From Nitrospirota bacterium (GTDB lineage Bacteria > Nitrospirota > Thermodesulfovibrionia > UBA6902), in assembly GCA_016234115.1 (NCBI GenBank), contig JACRHD010000017.1, positions 811 through 64,810 on the forward strand: a DNA stretch of 64,000 nt. The letters run 5' to 3'. This document shows positions 47,231 through 55,465 of this stretch, one piece after another; the stretch's first letter is position 1, and each line of letters begins with the position of its first letter. The position numbers and the translations under genes were made by a program. A model generated the notes under the pieces. The model was not told the DNA's origin. It ran no database searches and saw nothing but the letters and a program-made list of their open reading frames with translations.

Positions 47231-49234
47231 TTATTTTTTAATTTTCTCATTCGCCAGCCTGAGGTTATTTTTCACAAGCTTTCTCAGCCTCTGCCCAATC
47301 ATGCGCTCATCCGCAAATATATCATGACTCTCTTCAGGATCATCTCTGAGGTTGAAAAGAACTGTTTTCTCTTCATCGGGGTAATAAACCAGTTTATAGT
47401 CCCCGTCCCACACCGCTATTGTCCCTTTTGTAATCGGCGCCCCAAAGGACCGGTTCTCCATCAGTTCCATTGAAAATACCGGCCGCGAATCGAGAAAAGT
47501 ACCGAGGAATATCGGAGCCAGAGACCTCCCTTCCATCCATGAAGGCGCCTTTAATCCCGCAAACTCCAGCACTGTAGGAGCAATATCGATCTGGGAGACC
47601 GGCAGGTCAACTACTTTTCCCTGTTCTATACCGGGGAATTTAATGATAAGAGGTATGCGCACCTTCTGTTCGTTCAGGTGCTTACCGGTATGCCCAAGAT
47701 AATTATGAGAAAAACTTTCTCCATGGTCTGATGTGAGTATGATTATCGTGTTCGACATATCCAGTGTCTCTTCGAGTCGTTTTATCAACTTCTCAAATTC
47801 ATTATCACAATACATAAGAAACTCATCATAGCGCTTTCTCATTATGTCCACCTTGGGCTGGTCCTCAGGATCATACGGCCCCTGTTCAATCAACTTAGAG
47901 GGCTTATCCTTATCTCCCAAAACACCTTTATACGGCAGGGAGGGCAAATATGGGTCATGAGGCGGAAGAGCAAAAAGCAATGCGAAAAAGGGTTCTTTTA
48001 ACTTCAATTGCTTCTGCTTATTATTCGGCCTGTCTCCTTCAGACGACGCAAGGCTTAAAAAACGGTCGTATACGAGCCGGGGGGGGAAAGTTGTCGTCTG
48101 ATCCGCGGCCGGCAGTTCTTGCTCCTGCTGCAACGTCCCTCTCTTCTGTATGACTGCCTTAACAATATTTTCAATATTAAGGGGGTGCAATGCAAAAATC
48201 TCTCTCGTAATCGGCCTCCTTACAAAAAATTTGGAAAATTCGGTCGCCGGCCCGCTCCCCAACAACATATTATTGAACCTGCTTGAATAATCTCTGAGTA
48301 AAAAAGAGTCTTCTATTCCCAACGTTCTTGGATTTGCAAATTTATTCTGCACAAACGCATAATTACTGTATCCGTTTTCCATTAAAATTCTCGTCAGGTT
48401 GTCTTTGTACCGTATCTTCCGGGGATTATTGTAAGCGAAGTACCACAACCTGTGTGTCCAGACATTCTGCCCGGTCATCAAACTCATCGTAGCAGGCGTC
48501 GTCCAGTGGGCTGCGGAGTACACCCTGTTGAACACCACAGCTTCCTCTGCCCAACGCGTAATAAAAGGCGTTGTAGGACGTTCATATCCATATACCTGCA
48601 TATCCAGCGCGGTCAATGCATCCATAATTACAATAATAATATTGGGTTTTTTCCCTGTTGGAATAATATTGCTGTTCTGCGCATATTCATCCATTAATTC
48701 GGGGGGGGGCTTGTGAAGGATATTCATGGCTGATAACGGCATTGCGGCAACGAATAATCCGGCAAAAAGCCATACCAGCGGAGTTATGTGCATATTGAAT
48801 TTGCTGATTGATTGTCCGGCATGTTTGCGAAATACCCATGTAACAAATCCTGTAAAGACACCCAAAAATATCAGAACAGTATGAGGACGCAATCCGGTAA
48901 TTTTTTCTATCGATATATCTTTAAGGAAAGCATCTCTTAAAAAGAATACGATAAGAAAAAAGACAGCCCAAAACAATACGTGTTCTAATTGTACGGCAGA
49001 TCGCCTTAAGATCGATCTGAAAAATAACGATGAAATCATCCAGAAAACGAATGCAAAAGCCATCATCGGAATTGTCCAGAGGATAAAGGCCAGTGAGATA
49101 CGCGGTATAATGTCTAAAAATCTAATATAATATGAATATCCGTCCCATTTGTGAAAAAACACATTAAGAAACGAGAGAGAGGAAAAAACAAATACCGCTC
49201 TCAATAATATGATCAGAAACCTTTTAAAAGTCAT
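47231..49234 (-). CDS. LtaS/phosphoglycerol-transferase-like member of the sulfatase (alkaline-phosphatase) superfamily with N-terminal 5-6 TM domain
   Basis: 667 aa with an N-terminal TM bundle. The catalytic domain has VIMDALTALDM…, and the active site is HWTTPATMSLMTG with Thr in place of the Cys/Ser-x-P-x-R of true sulfatases. It contains C9 and C8 runs in-frame. Confidence 0.75.
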   Translation of the reverse strand: MTFKRFLIILLRAVFVFSSLSFLNVFFHKWDGYSYYIRFLDIIPRISLAFILWTIPMMAFAFVFWMISSLFFRSILRRSAVQLEHVLFWAVFFLIVFFLRDAFLKDISIEKITGLRPHTVLIFLGVFTGFVTWVFRKHAGQSISKFNMHITPLVWLFAGLFVAAMPLSAMNILHKPPPELMDEYAQNSNIIPTGKKPNIIIVIMDALTALDMQVYGYERPTTPFITRWAEEAVVFNRVYSAAHWTTPATMSLMTGQNVWTHRLWYFAYNNPRKIRYKDNLTRILMENGYSNYAFVQNKFANPRTLGIEDSFLLRDYSSRFNNMLLGSGPATEFSKFFVRRPITREIFALHPLNIENIVKAVIQKRGTLQQEQELPAADQTTTFPPRLVYDRFLSLASSEGDRPNNKQKQLKLKEPFFALLFALPPHDPYLPSLPYKGVLGDKDKPSKLIEQGPYDPEDQPKVDIMRKRYDEFLMYCDNEFEKLIKRLEETLDMSNTIIILTSDHGESFSHNYLGHTGKHLNEQKVRIPLIIKFPGIEQGKVVDLPVSQIDIAPTVLEFAGLKAPSWMEGRSLAPIFLGTFLDSRPVFSMELMENRSFGAPITKGTIAVWDGDYKLVYYPDEEKTVLFNLRDDPEESHDIFADERMIGQRLRKLVKNNLRLANEKIKK
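48079..48086. repeat. G8 (coding-strand C8) homopolymer inside the LtaS-like gene
   Basis: Seen directly. It encodes …TTFPPRL…. Confidence 0.9.
48701..48709. repeat. G9 (coding-strand C9) homopolymer inside the LtaS-like gene
   Basis: Seen directly. It encodes …HKPPPELMD…. Confidence 0.9.
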
Positions 49235-49354
49235 TGTTATCGTTTTATTACTCGACCGGTCGACTTATCCGCAGGCCTGTCGTCATCCATTGCTCAAATG
49301 TGATCATATTTTCAGCGCTGCGGCAAACCGATGCGGTTGAACTGCCTTATATAA

Positions 49355-49472
49355 TTGCGCGATAATTTCCCCCGCGTATCGCCATCCCGCCTTTTTAGCT
49401 ATGATTGATAAATTCTTTTTGTCTTCCACCCGTCATACTCCCGACTCATACCGTGATTTTCAGTTTCGCTGA
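49355..49472. repeat. 118-bp direct repeat, copy B
   Basis: It contains the true 3' end and stop of the Wzy-like gene (…MSREYDGWKTKRIYQS*). Past the repeat, a decayed remnant of the Wzx 5' end (SIIAKKAGWRYAGEIIAQLYKAVQPH…*) runs into the 49235-49398 spacer. Confidence 0.85.
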
Positions 49473-50985
49473 CCATCGCCTTCTTTCTCTGATACACGCC
49501 TACGACAATCCCGGACATCATGTAGAAAACGGCGTTCGGAAAATAAAAAAGCTTCATCTCGATAAACTGGAAATTTGCAAAATAATTTATAAAAATCGCC
49601 CAATAAATTATCATGAATTTTTTGCTCAGGAAGCCGTCGTCAGGCAGCAAATCATATAATTTTTTGCCGATTCTCAGGATCGCAATCAGGATAAACAGGG
49701 TAAATCCGAGACCGATCAGTCCGAGTTCGACCAGGGTGCTTGTCCAGGTATCATGGGCCCTGCTTCCTCCTTCATAATAGGGAATCCCTTCTATTTTAGT
49801 TTCCTGAATATACTTGGGGCTTACGTCCTGAAAGGTATTGAATCCGAAACCGAATATCGGTTTTTCAAGAAACATTTTTCCCACCGCAAAATATAAAGTC
49901 AGTCTGTGATAGACGGGATCTATCGCAAACGTTCGGTCTGAAATCATTTTCGATGTTTCGTAATGTTGCATGTATAAACTTGCCGTGTCAGTCTTTATTT
50001 GCTTCAGGCTGAACTGGGTATATATCAATATCACTGAGGCGAGAACGCATATTACGGCCGCCTTTCTTGTTTGCGGGAAGAAGACCGGAACAGTCAGTAA
50101 CGACAGGATAAAACCTACCCAGCACGATCTGGTAAGTGTTAATAACACGCCTGTCGCGATAAGCATCATGCCGACTGCAAGGAAAACTCTCGCCTTTCTG
50201 TTTTTACTTTGGAAAAAAAGATACATTGAATAGAAAAACGCCATGGAAAGGGCCGTTCCGTTGAGCGCACCGTTGAGAAAAGGCCCCCTTGCCCTGCCCT
50301 GGTGAATGCCTAATTGCAAATTCGTGATATACGACGGGAATACAAGGGAGTTTATGCCATAGTATTCACATATCGCCGTGAACCCAAGATAAAAGCCCAT
50401 CGCGGCAAAAAAAACAAATATTTTTTTTATCTTACTTTCGTCATCCAGCAGATTTTTGGCCAGGAAGAAGATAGAAAAAGGAATTGCATAGCCGGTCAAA
50501 AGTATCTTGAGCATAAGCCCGTCTTTTTCACTGTAAAGAGTACCGGCAACCATCATTGAGAAAAAAACGTACAGGCAAAATAAAAGCATGGCCGCTTCTA
50601 TTGTTATATCGCTGAAGTTAATTCTTCTCTGTTTCAAACCTGCTTCCAGTAAAAAAGTTGAAAAGGCCATCATCCATATCAATCTCTGGGGTTCTATATC
50701 GGGAAGCACAGGTATGTTGATCTTTCCAACATATTCAAATACCACTAAAGCAAGCCATATCCACATCAGATCGACCAGATAACGTCTTGAGATGATCATT
50801 AAAACAGGAGCAATAACAATACATGCGAATAAAATCAGCAGCAATGGGGGAGCGAAAAAATTGTAACTCGCGAAAATGCCCAGGAGTGCTATCGTCAGCA
50901 GAAGAACGAACTTTGCGGTCTGAATGCGCCTGAAATACGCAACCAGACAAAACAGAGCAATCGTTATGATCATTAACAATCCCAT
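49399..50985 (-). CDS. O-antigen-ligase/Wzy_C-family polytopic membrane protein
   Basis: 528 aa with ~12 TM helices, a large periplasmic loop, and a C-terminal cytoplasmic tail that ends inside repeat copy B. Confidence 0.6.
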   Translation of the reverse strand: MGLLMIITIALFCLVAYFRRIQTAKFVLLLTIALLGIFASYNFFAPPLLLILFACIVIAPVLMIISRRYLVDLMWIWLALVVFEYVGKINIPVLPDIEPQRLIWMMAFSTFLLEAGLKQRRINFSDITIEAAMLLFCLYVFFSMMVAGTLYSEKDGLMLKILLTGYAIPFSIFFLAKNLLDDESKIKKIFVFFAAMGFYLGFTAICEYYGINSLVFPSYITNLQLGIHQGRARGPFLNGALNGTALSMAFFYSMYLFFQSKNRKARVFLAVGMMLIATGVLLTLTRSCWVGFILSLLTVPVFFPQTRKAAVICVLASVILIYTQFSLKQIKTDTASLYMQHYETSKMISDRTFAIDPVYHRLTLYFAVGKMFLEKPIFGFGFNTFQDVSPKYIQETKIEGIPYYEGGSRAHDTWTSTLVELGLIGLGFTLFILIAILRIGKKLYDLLPDDGFLSKKFMIIYWAIFINYFANFQFIEMKLFYFPNAVFYMMSGIVVGVYQRKKAMVSETENHGMSREYDGWKTKRIYQS

Positions 50986-51237
50986 AAACTGCTCTCTATG
51001 AGTTCGATGAAACCATTTTGGGCGTCGGTCGAATTCCTAAAACACGGCTCCGCTCTCTCGCTTACACAAGATGTAAAATAAGCGTCTTTGCCTCGGGGCG
51101 CCGGAAACCGAAAGGTCCCTGTGTATTATGACGTTACAGCTTTTAAACCGGAAGGCGTCATCTCAAATACAAGCAGGCGTTTACAATAATTTTCAAAAAA
51201 ATGCGCCCGATTATCCGACCCGCGCAGCCTTTTGAAA

Positions 51238-52170
51238 TCAAACATCGCTGCGAAGGCGCATGAAATATTCACATGTCTTCTTTAATCCGGCTTCAAGTGA
51301 GGTCTTATATTCCCAGTGAAGAACGTCATTTGCCTTTGCGGATGAAATAACGCTTCTTCTCTGTTCACCCTCCTTGGCAGGAGCATATTTCCCGGCAACG
51401 GACGAATTTAAAATATTCTTCAGGCATTCAAAAAGCCGATTGACGGACGTTTCGATTCCGGTGCCTATATTAAATGCCCCTTCAGACACATTATTCCGTA
51501 AGGCCGCAATATTTGCGTCCACGACGTCCCCGACAAAAACAAAATCCCTCGTCTGTTCGCCGTCGCCGTTGATTACCGGCTGTTCGCCGCTCAGGAGCTT
51601 CCGGATAAAAATGGCCACAACACCTGCCTCCCCGTGCGGGTCCTGGCGCGGTCCATATACGTTTGCATATCTAAGTACTGTGTAATCAAGACCCAAAACA
51701 GTCCTAAAGTAATAAAGATAATGCTCCGCAACGAGTTTTGTAATGCCATAGGGGCTTATCGGCTTCAAGGGGTGCGTTTCAGGCGCCGGGAAGATTTCCT
51801 GCTCACCGTAAACAGCGCCTCCGGAAGAGGCAAAAACCACCTTCCTCACTTTATGGACCAAACAATTCTGCAAAATATTTAATGTCCCAAGGACGTTTAT
51901 TTTCGCATCAAAAACGGGGTCAGCAACTGATTTGCGCACGTCGATCTGGGCGGCATAATGACTGACATACTCAGGTTTTTCGTCGTGAAAAACGGACTCA
52001 AGTCTCCGGTCCTGGATATCAAGCCTGTAAAACCTGGCCTTTTTATTGATATTCCTTTCGCTGCCTGATGAAAGGTCGTCAACTATTACTACTTCGCAGC
52101 CTTCATCAATCAGCCTGTCAACAATATTTGAACCGATAAATCCTGCGCCTCCCGTCACCAATACTTTCAT
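51238..52170 (-). CDS. NAD-dependent epimerase/dehydratase (UDP-sugar 4-epimerase-like SDR)
   Basis: MKVLVTGGAGFIGSNIVDRL, S…YxxxK (YGITKLVAE). Length is 310 aa. Confidence 0.8.
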   Translation of the reverse strand: MKVLVTGGAGFIGSNIVDRLIDEGCEVVIVDDLSSGSERNINKKARFYRLDIQDRRLESVFHDEKPEYVSHYAAQIDVRKSVADPVFDAKINVLGTLNILQNCLVHKVRKVVFASSGGAVYGEQEIFPAPETHPLKPISPYGITKLVAEHYLYYFRTVLGLDYTVLRYANVYGPRQDPHGEAGVVAIFIRKLLSGEQPVINGDGEQTRDFVFVGDVVDANIAALRNNVSEGAFNIGTGIETSVNRLFECLKNILNSSVAGKYAPAKEGEQRRSVISSAKANDVLHWEYKTSLEAGLKKTCEYFMRLRSDV

Positions 52171-52193
52171 TTTTCTCCTCTGCCGCTCTGAAA

Positions 52194-53780
52194 CTATGTC
52201 ATCTTGTAAATAAACCGTGGAATTACATATGTGCGGTTATTGACGATAATTCCAATTATATTTGTCTTGTTCTTCAATAAGGGATCAACGGCCCGCTGGA
52301 AAATAATACGCCTGGTCCTGCCTTCGTTGATTACAACGGCAACCCCCTCGGTATAAGCGGCGAGGACCGTGGCGTCCGTAAAATTCAGCAGGTCCGGACT
52401 GCTGACGAAAATCATGCCGAACAGTTCCTTGGCGCCGCTCATCAATTTTGACATACCTGAAGATTCCAGGTACGCCACAGGGTTCAAGGACGTGTTGCCG
52501 GAAGGCAATACATACAAGCCCGGGCTTATTTCAACGATCGCATCATTCAATCCGGCCTTTCCTTCGAGAACATCAACAATACCCGGAGTGTTCTGTATGC
52601 CCAGAACGCCCGATATTGATGAGGACCTTAAATTAGCGTCGATAATAAGCACCTTATCGCCGTGATGAGCAGCGAGATAAGAGCCTATGTTACAAATGAT
52701 AAATGCCGTTTCCCGGCAGCCTTCCGTATCGGCGACAAGGATGGATTTTAAATTTTTGTTCCTGAATGACAAAAAAATGTTTTCCGACAAATTCCTGTAA
52801 GATACGACATAGCTTTCATCACTCTGCGGCCCGTCATTTCCAAGCAGCAAATCCTTTGATTTAGTTTTCGGAATGGTGCCCAGAACGGAGATATTAAGAG
52901 ACCTTTCCACATCATGGGGCGACCTGAAGGTGTTGTCGGTATACTGAAAAACAAAAACCAGTATGACGGAAAATGCCATGCTGCCGAAAAATCCCAGGGC
53001 AAGAAACAATCCGGTTGACTGTCCAGCAACCGGCACGGCTTCTCTTGCCTGTTCCATTATCTTCACACTGGCCGGCCCGATCGCCTCCATGTCGGGAAGT
53101 ATCTTGCCGTCAAGAGACCTGAAAATCACCTGGGAGAAATTCCTGAATTGAACTACCTTGGCGTGCTTCTCTCCGTATTTCATCTGGAAATCCGCGATCT
53201 GCTCGTCAAGGTCATAAATCAGGTACGACCGGCTTACCGCGTTGGCCTGCAAAACCGCCATATCGGGATCAAAGTCACTGACGGTTATAGAAAACATATT
53301 CGTATCTTTGACCTGATCAACGCTGATACTGCCTTTCAATTTTTCGACAGCCGATTGAAACATGAGAGACTTCTTTTCCTCGGCAGACATTGTATTGTAT
53401 TTTTGCATAAACCTGTCCAGACGCTTCCTGAGAATTTTTGCTTTCGCAGGGGAGGTGAATTTTATTTCATGATCGGGAGGTATCTCATAAAGTTTCAACG
53501 CCTCGACGACCCTTTCAACAACGGCGTTAGAGCTGACAAGCTCCTGATGATCAGTGGTCGGGTTTCTGAAAAAGCCGACGGTTTCGTAGTATTCCGCCGA
53601 TGCTTTCTTCATCGCCTTGACACTCATAATGACAGTCGCCCTGAATGTAGGCGTATAAAACAGCGAGCTGATGTAGATAGGCGTCATAACAGCGATAGGC
53701 ACTATAACAAATACAAGCTTATGATGAAAGACTGCCTTTAGAAAGTCCCTCAGAGTAATTGTCTTTGTGTAAGACATCAT
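52194..53780 (-). CDS. Wzc/Wzz-like polysaccharide co-polymerase with a C-terminal BY-kinase-like domain that has a degenerate Walker A
   Basis: An N-terminal TM helix, a periplasmic Wzz-like coiled region, a second TM helix, then an ATPase-like domain. The domain reads KSILVADTEGCRETAF…VLIIDANLRSS…IFVSSPD. The canonical P-loop G-E-G-K-S/T is replaced by T-E-G-C-R-E-T, while the Walker A' (DANLR) is retained. Confidence 0.7.
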   Translation of the reverse strand: MMSYTKTITLRDFLKAVFHHKLVFVIVPIAVMTPIYISSLFYTPTFRATVIMSVKAMKKASAEYYETVGFFRNPTTDHQELVSSNAVVERVVEALKLYEIPPDHEIKFTSPAKAKILRKRLDRFMQKYNTMSAEEKKSLMFQSAVEKLKGSISVDQVKDTNMFSITVSDFDPDMAVLQANAVSRSYLIYDLDEQIADFQMKYGEKHAKVVQFRNFSQVIFRSLDGKILPDMEAIGPASVKIMEQAREAVPVAGQSTGLFLALGFFGSMAFSVILVFVFQYTDNTFRSPHDVERSLNISVLGTIPKTKSKDLLLGNDGPQSDESYVVSYRNLSENIFLSFRNKNLKSILVADTEGCRETAFIICNIGSYLAAHHGDKVLIIDANLRSSSISGVLGIQNTPGIVDVLEGKAGLNDAIVEISPGLYVLPSGNTSLNPVAYLESSGMSKLMSGAKELFGMIFVSSPDLLNFTDATVLAAYTEGVAVVINEGRTRRIIFQRAVDPLLKNKTNIIGIIVNNRTYVIPRFIYKMT

Positions 53781-53791
53781 AATCAGTCTCC

Positions 53792-55435
53792 TCAGAAAAT
53801 GCCTTTATATGCAACAATGATATCATCCGGCTCCAGCTTAACATCATTTGTTTCATCGGCAATAATATCATTTAAATTAACCTTGATCGTATCGAAACCC
53901 GTCTCTTTTCCATTGGACCTTAAAATCTTTACGCGCCCTTCAGAACCCCATTTAGTAAACCCGCCGGCGATAGTTATTGCCTTAAAAACAGTCATGTCGT
54001 CTTTTAAAACAAATTCTCCGGGCCTGTTGACCTCTCCATAGATGTAATAGCTCTTGTTGAGCTCCACCGTGATGATATCATCCGGCTGGATCAGCATCTC
54101 GCCGGTCTCTTTTCCTTCCGTAACTTCTTTCATGTCCAGTTCCATGTCCGTGTATCCGGGAGATGTGTCCGTCCTTCTCCTGATCTTCACCTTTCCGTAA
54201 AGACCATTATTCGACACTCCACCCGCTATTGATATCGCCCTCGAAACAGTCATGTCCTTCTCAAGAACATATTTCCCTGATTTTGCAATTTCACCCTGGA
54301 TATAAAAAGACCTGTTGACTTCCACAATGAGAATATCGTCGGGCTGAATAAGGACATCTTCCACATCCCTGCTCTCTATGACGCCGTTGCTGAGGATGGA
54401 TTCGGCGACAACATAATATTGGCCGATATTCCCTTCTCCTTTTCTCCTCAATATTACCTTGCCGTTCTGCCCATTCACGGATATTCCGCCTCCCTGCAAT
54501 AATGCCCTTATAATGGTTGTGTCTTTTTCAAGGACAAACCGGCCGCGATTGAATACTTCTCCCTGCACCAGATACGTTTTGCTCCTCTCCACTATCAATA
54601 TATCGTCGGGCTCCAGGACCGTATCCTCAACCTCTCTTTTTACAATGATGCCGTCATTGATATTCGATTCGGCAATATCGCTGTACTGCCCTACGTCTTC
54701 TCCTTTTTTACGCCTTATTATCAGCTTCCCGTATTGCCCGTCTTTTGAAACACCGCCGGCCTGCAGCAACGCCCTTCCAGCCGTCAGTCCATTTTCCAGG
54801 ACGGCCCTGCCCCGGTTAACTGACTCCCCCTGTATCAGGAACGTATTGTTCCTCTCCACTATCAATATATCATCCGGCTGCAGGACTATGTTTTCGACTT
54901 CCTTATCTTCTATGATTCCGTTTCTGATGCCGGAATCTCTGATTTCCTTATATCTTCCGCCTTCTCCTTTCTGCTTTCTCTTTATTTTCAACTTTCCGAA
55001 CAACCCGTCTGATGTAACTCCGCGGGCCGTCGACAGCGCCTTCATAACGGTCATGTCTTTGTCATACGGAAGCTCGCCGCGTCCCAAAATCTCTCCGTAG
55101 GCATAAATTTTAATGCTCATCGATTTGACCAGAGACACGGTGACAACCGGATAATTGATATACCCTTCACCGAGTTTCTTTGTTATTTCTTCCTCTATCT
55201 GGCTCAGGGTCATATTCTTTACATTCAAGGTCCCTATATATGGAACGGAAATCGAGCCGTCCAGCGCGATGGTAGTCATCGTATGCAGGTCCTCATGATC
55301 AAGGACTTTGATGTCCAGGACATCGTTTACATCAACCCTGTATTCATCGGTTACGGCGCCCTCGGCAATAACCAGAGAAGCAATGTAAAAAATGAAAAAA
55401 AGGCATCCCGCCAAATATGATTTATAACGCATCAT
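53792..55435 (-). CDS. Wza-like polysaccharide export protein with four or five tandem SLBB domains
   Basis: A signal peptide and an N-terminal polysaccharide-export domain, then four near-identical ~85-aa repeats. Each repeat ends …PDDIL/IIVE… (LQPDDILIVERNNTF, LEPDDILIVERSKTY, IQPDDILIVEVNRSF, IQPDDIITVELNKSY), plus a C-terminal similar unit. Confidence 0.7.
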   Translation of the reverse strand: MMRYKSYLAGCLFFIFYIASLVIAEGAVTDEYRVDVNDVLDIKVLDHEDLHTMTTIALDGSISVPYIGTLNVKNMTLSQIEEEITKKLGEGYINYPVVTVSLVKSMSIKIYAYGEILGRGELPYDKDMTVMKALSTARGVTSDGLFGKLKIKRKQKGEGGRYKEIRDSGIRNGIIEDKEVENIVLQPDDILIVERNNTFLIQGESVNRGRAVLENGLTAGRALLQAGGVSKDGQYGKLIIRRKKGEDVGQYSDIAESNINDGIIVKREVEDTVLEPDDILIVERSKTYLVQGEVFNRGRFVLEKDTTIIRALLQGGGISVNGQNGKVILRRKGEGNIGQYYVVAESILSNGVIESRDVEDVLIQPDDILIVEVNRSFYIQGEIAKSGKYVLEKDMTVSRAISIAGGVSNNGLYGKVKIRRRTDTSPGYTDMELDMKEVTEGKETGEMLIQPDDIITVELNKSYYIYGEVNRPGEFVLKDDMTVFKAITIAGGFTKWGSEGRVKILRSNGKETGFDTIKVNLNDIIADETNDVKLEPDDIIVAYKGIF

Positions 55436-55465
55436 CTCGCAACCCCCTGTTCATTATTCAACATA

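Noticed and set aside
47231-49234. Annotating the sulfatase-superfamily protein as a true (formylglycine-dependent) sulfatase matured by one of the SPASM radical SAMs (anSME-like)
   Set aside because: The active-site motif has Thr-Thr-Pro-Ala-Thr where sulfatases need Cys/Ser-x-Pro-x-Arg. This pattern and the N-terminal TM bundle are those of LtaS/phosphoglycerol or phosphoethanolamine transferases, which do not need formylglycine. The radical SAMs are also not adjacent to it.
47071-49472. Interpreting the 118-bp repeats as terminal repeats of an insertion sequence or MITE
   Set aside because: They are direct, not inverted. No transposase is encoded between them. The repeat content is recognisable host coding sequence (Wzy 3' end and Wzx 5' end), pointing to junction duplication rather than a mobile element.
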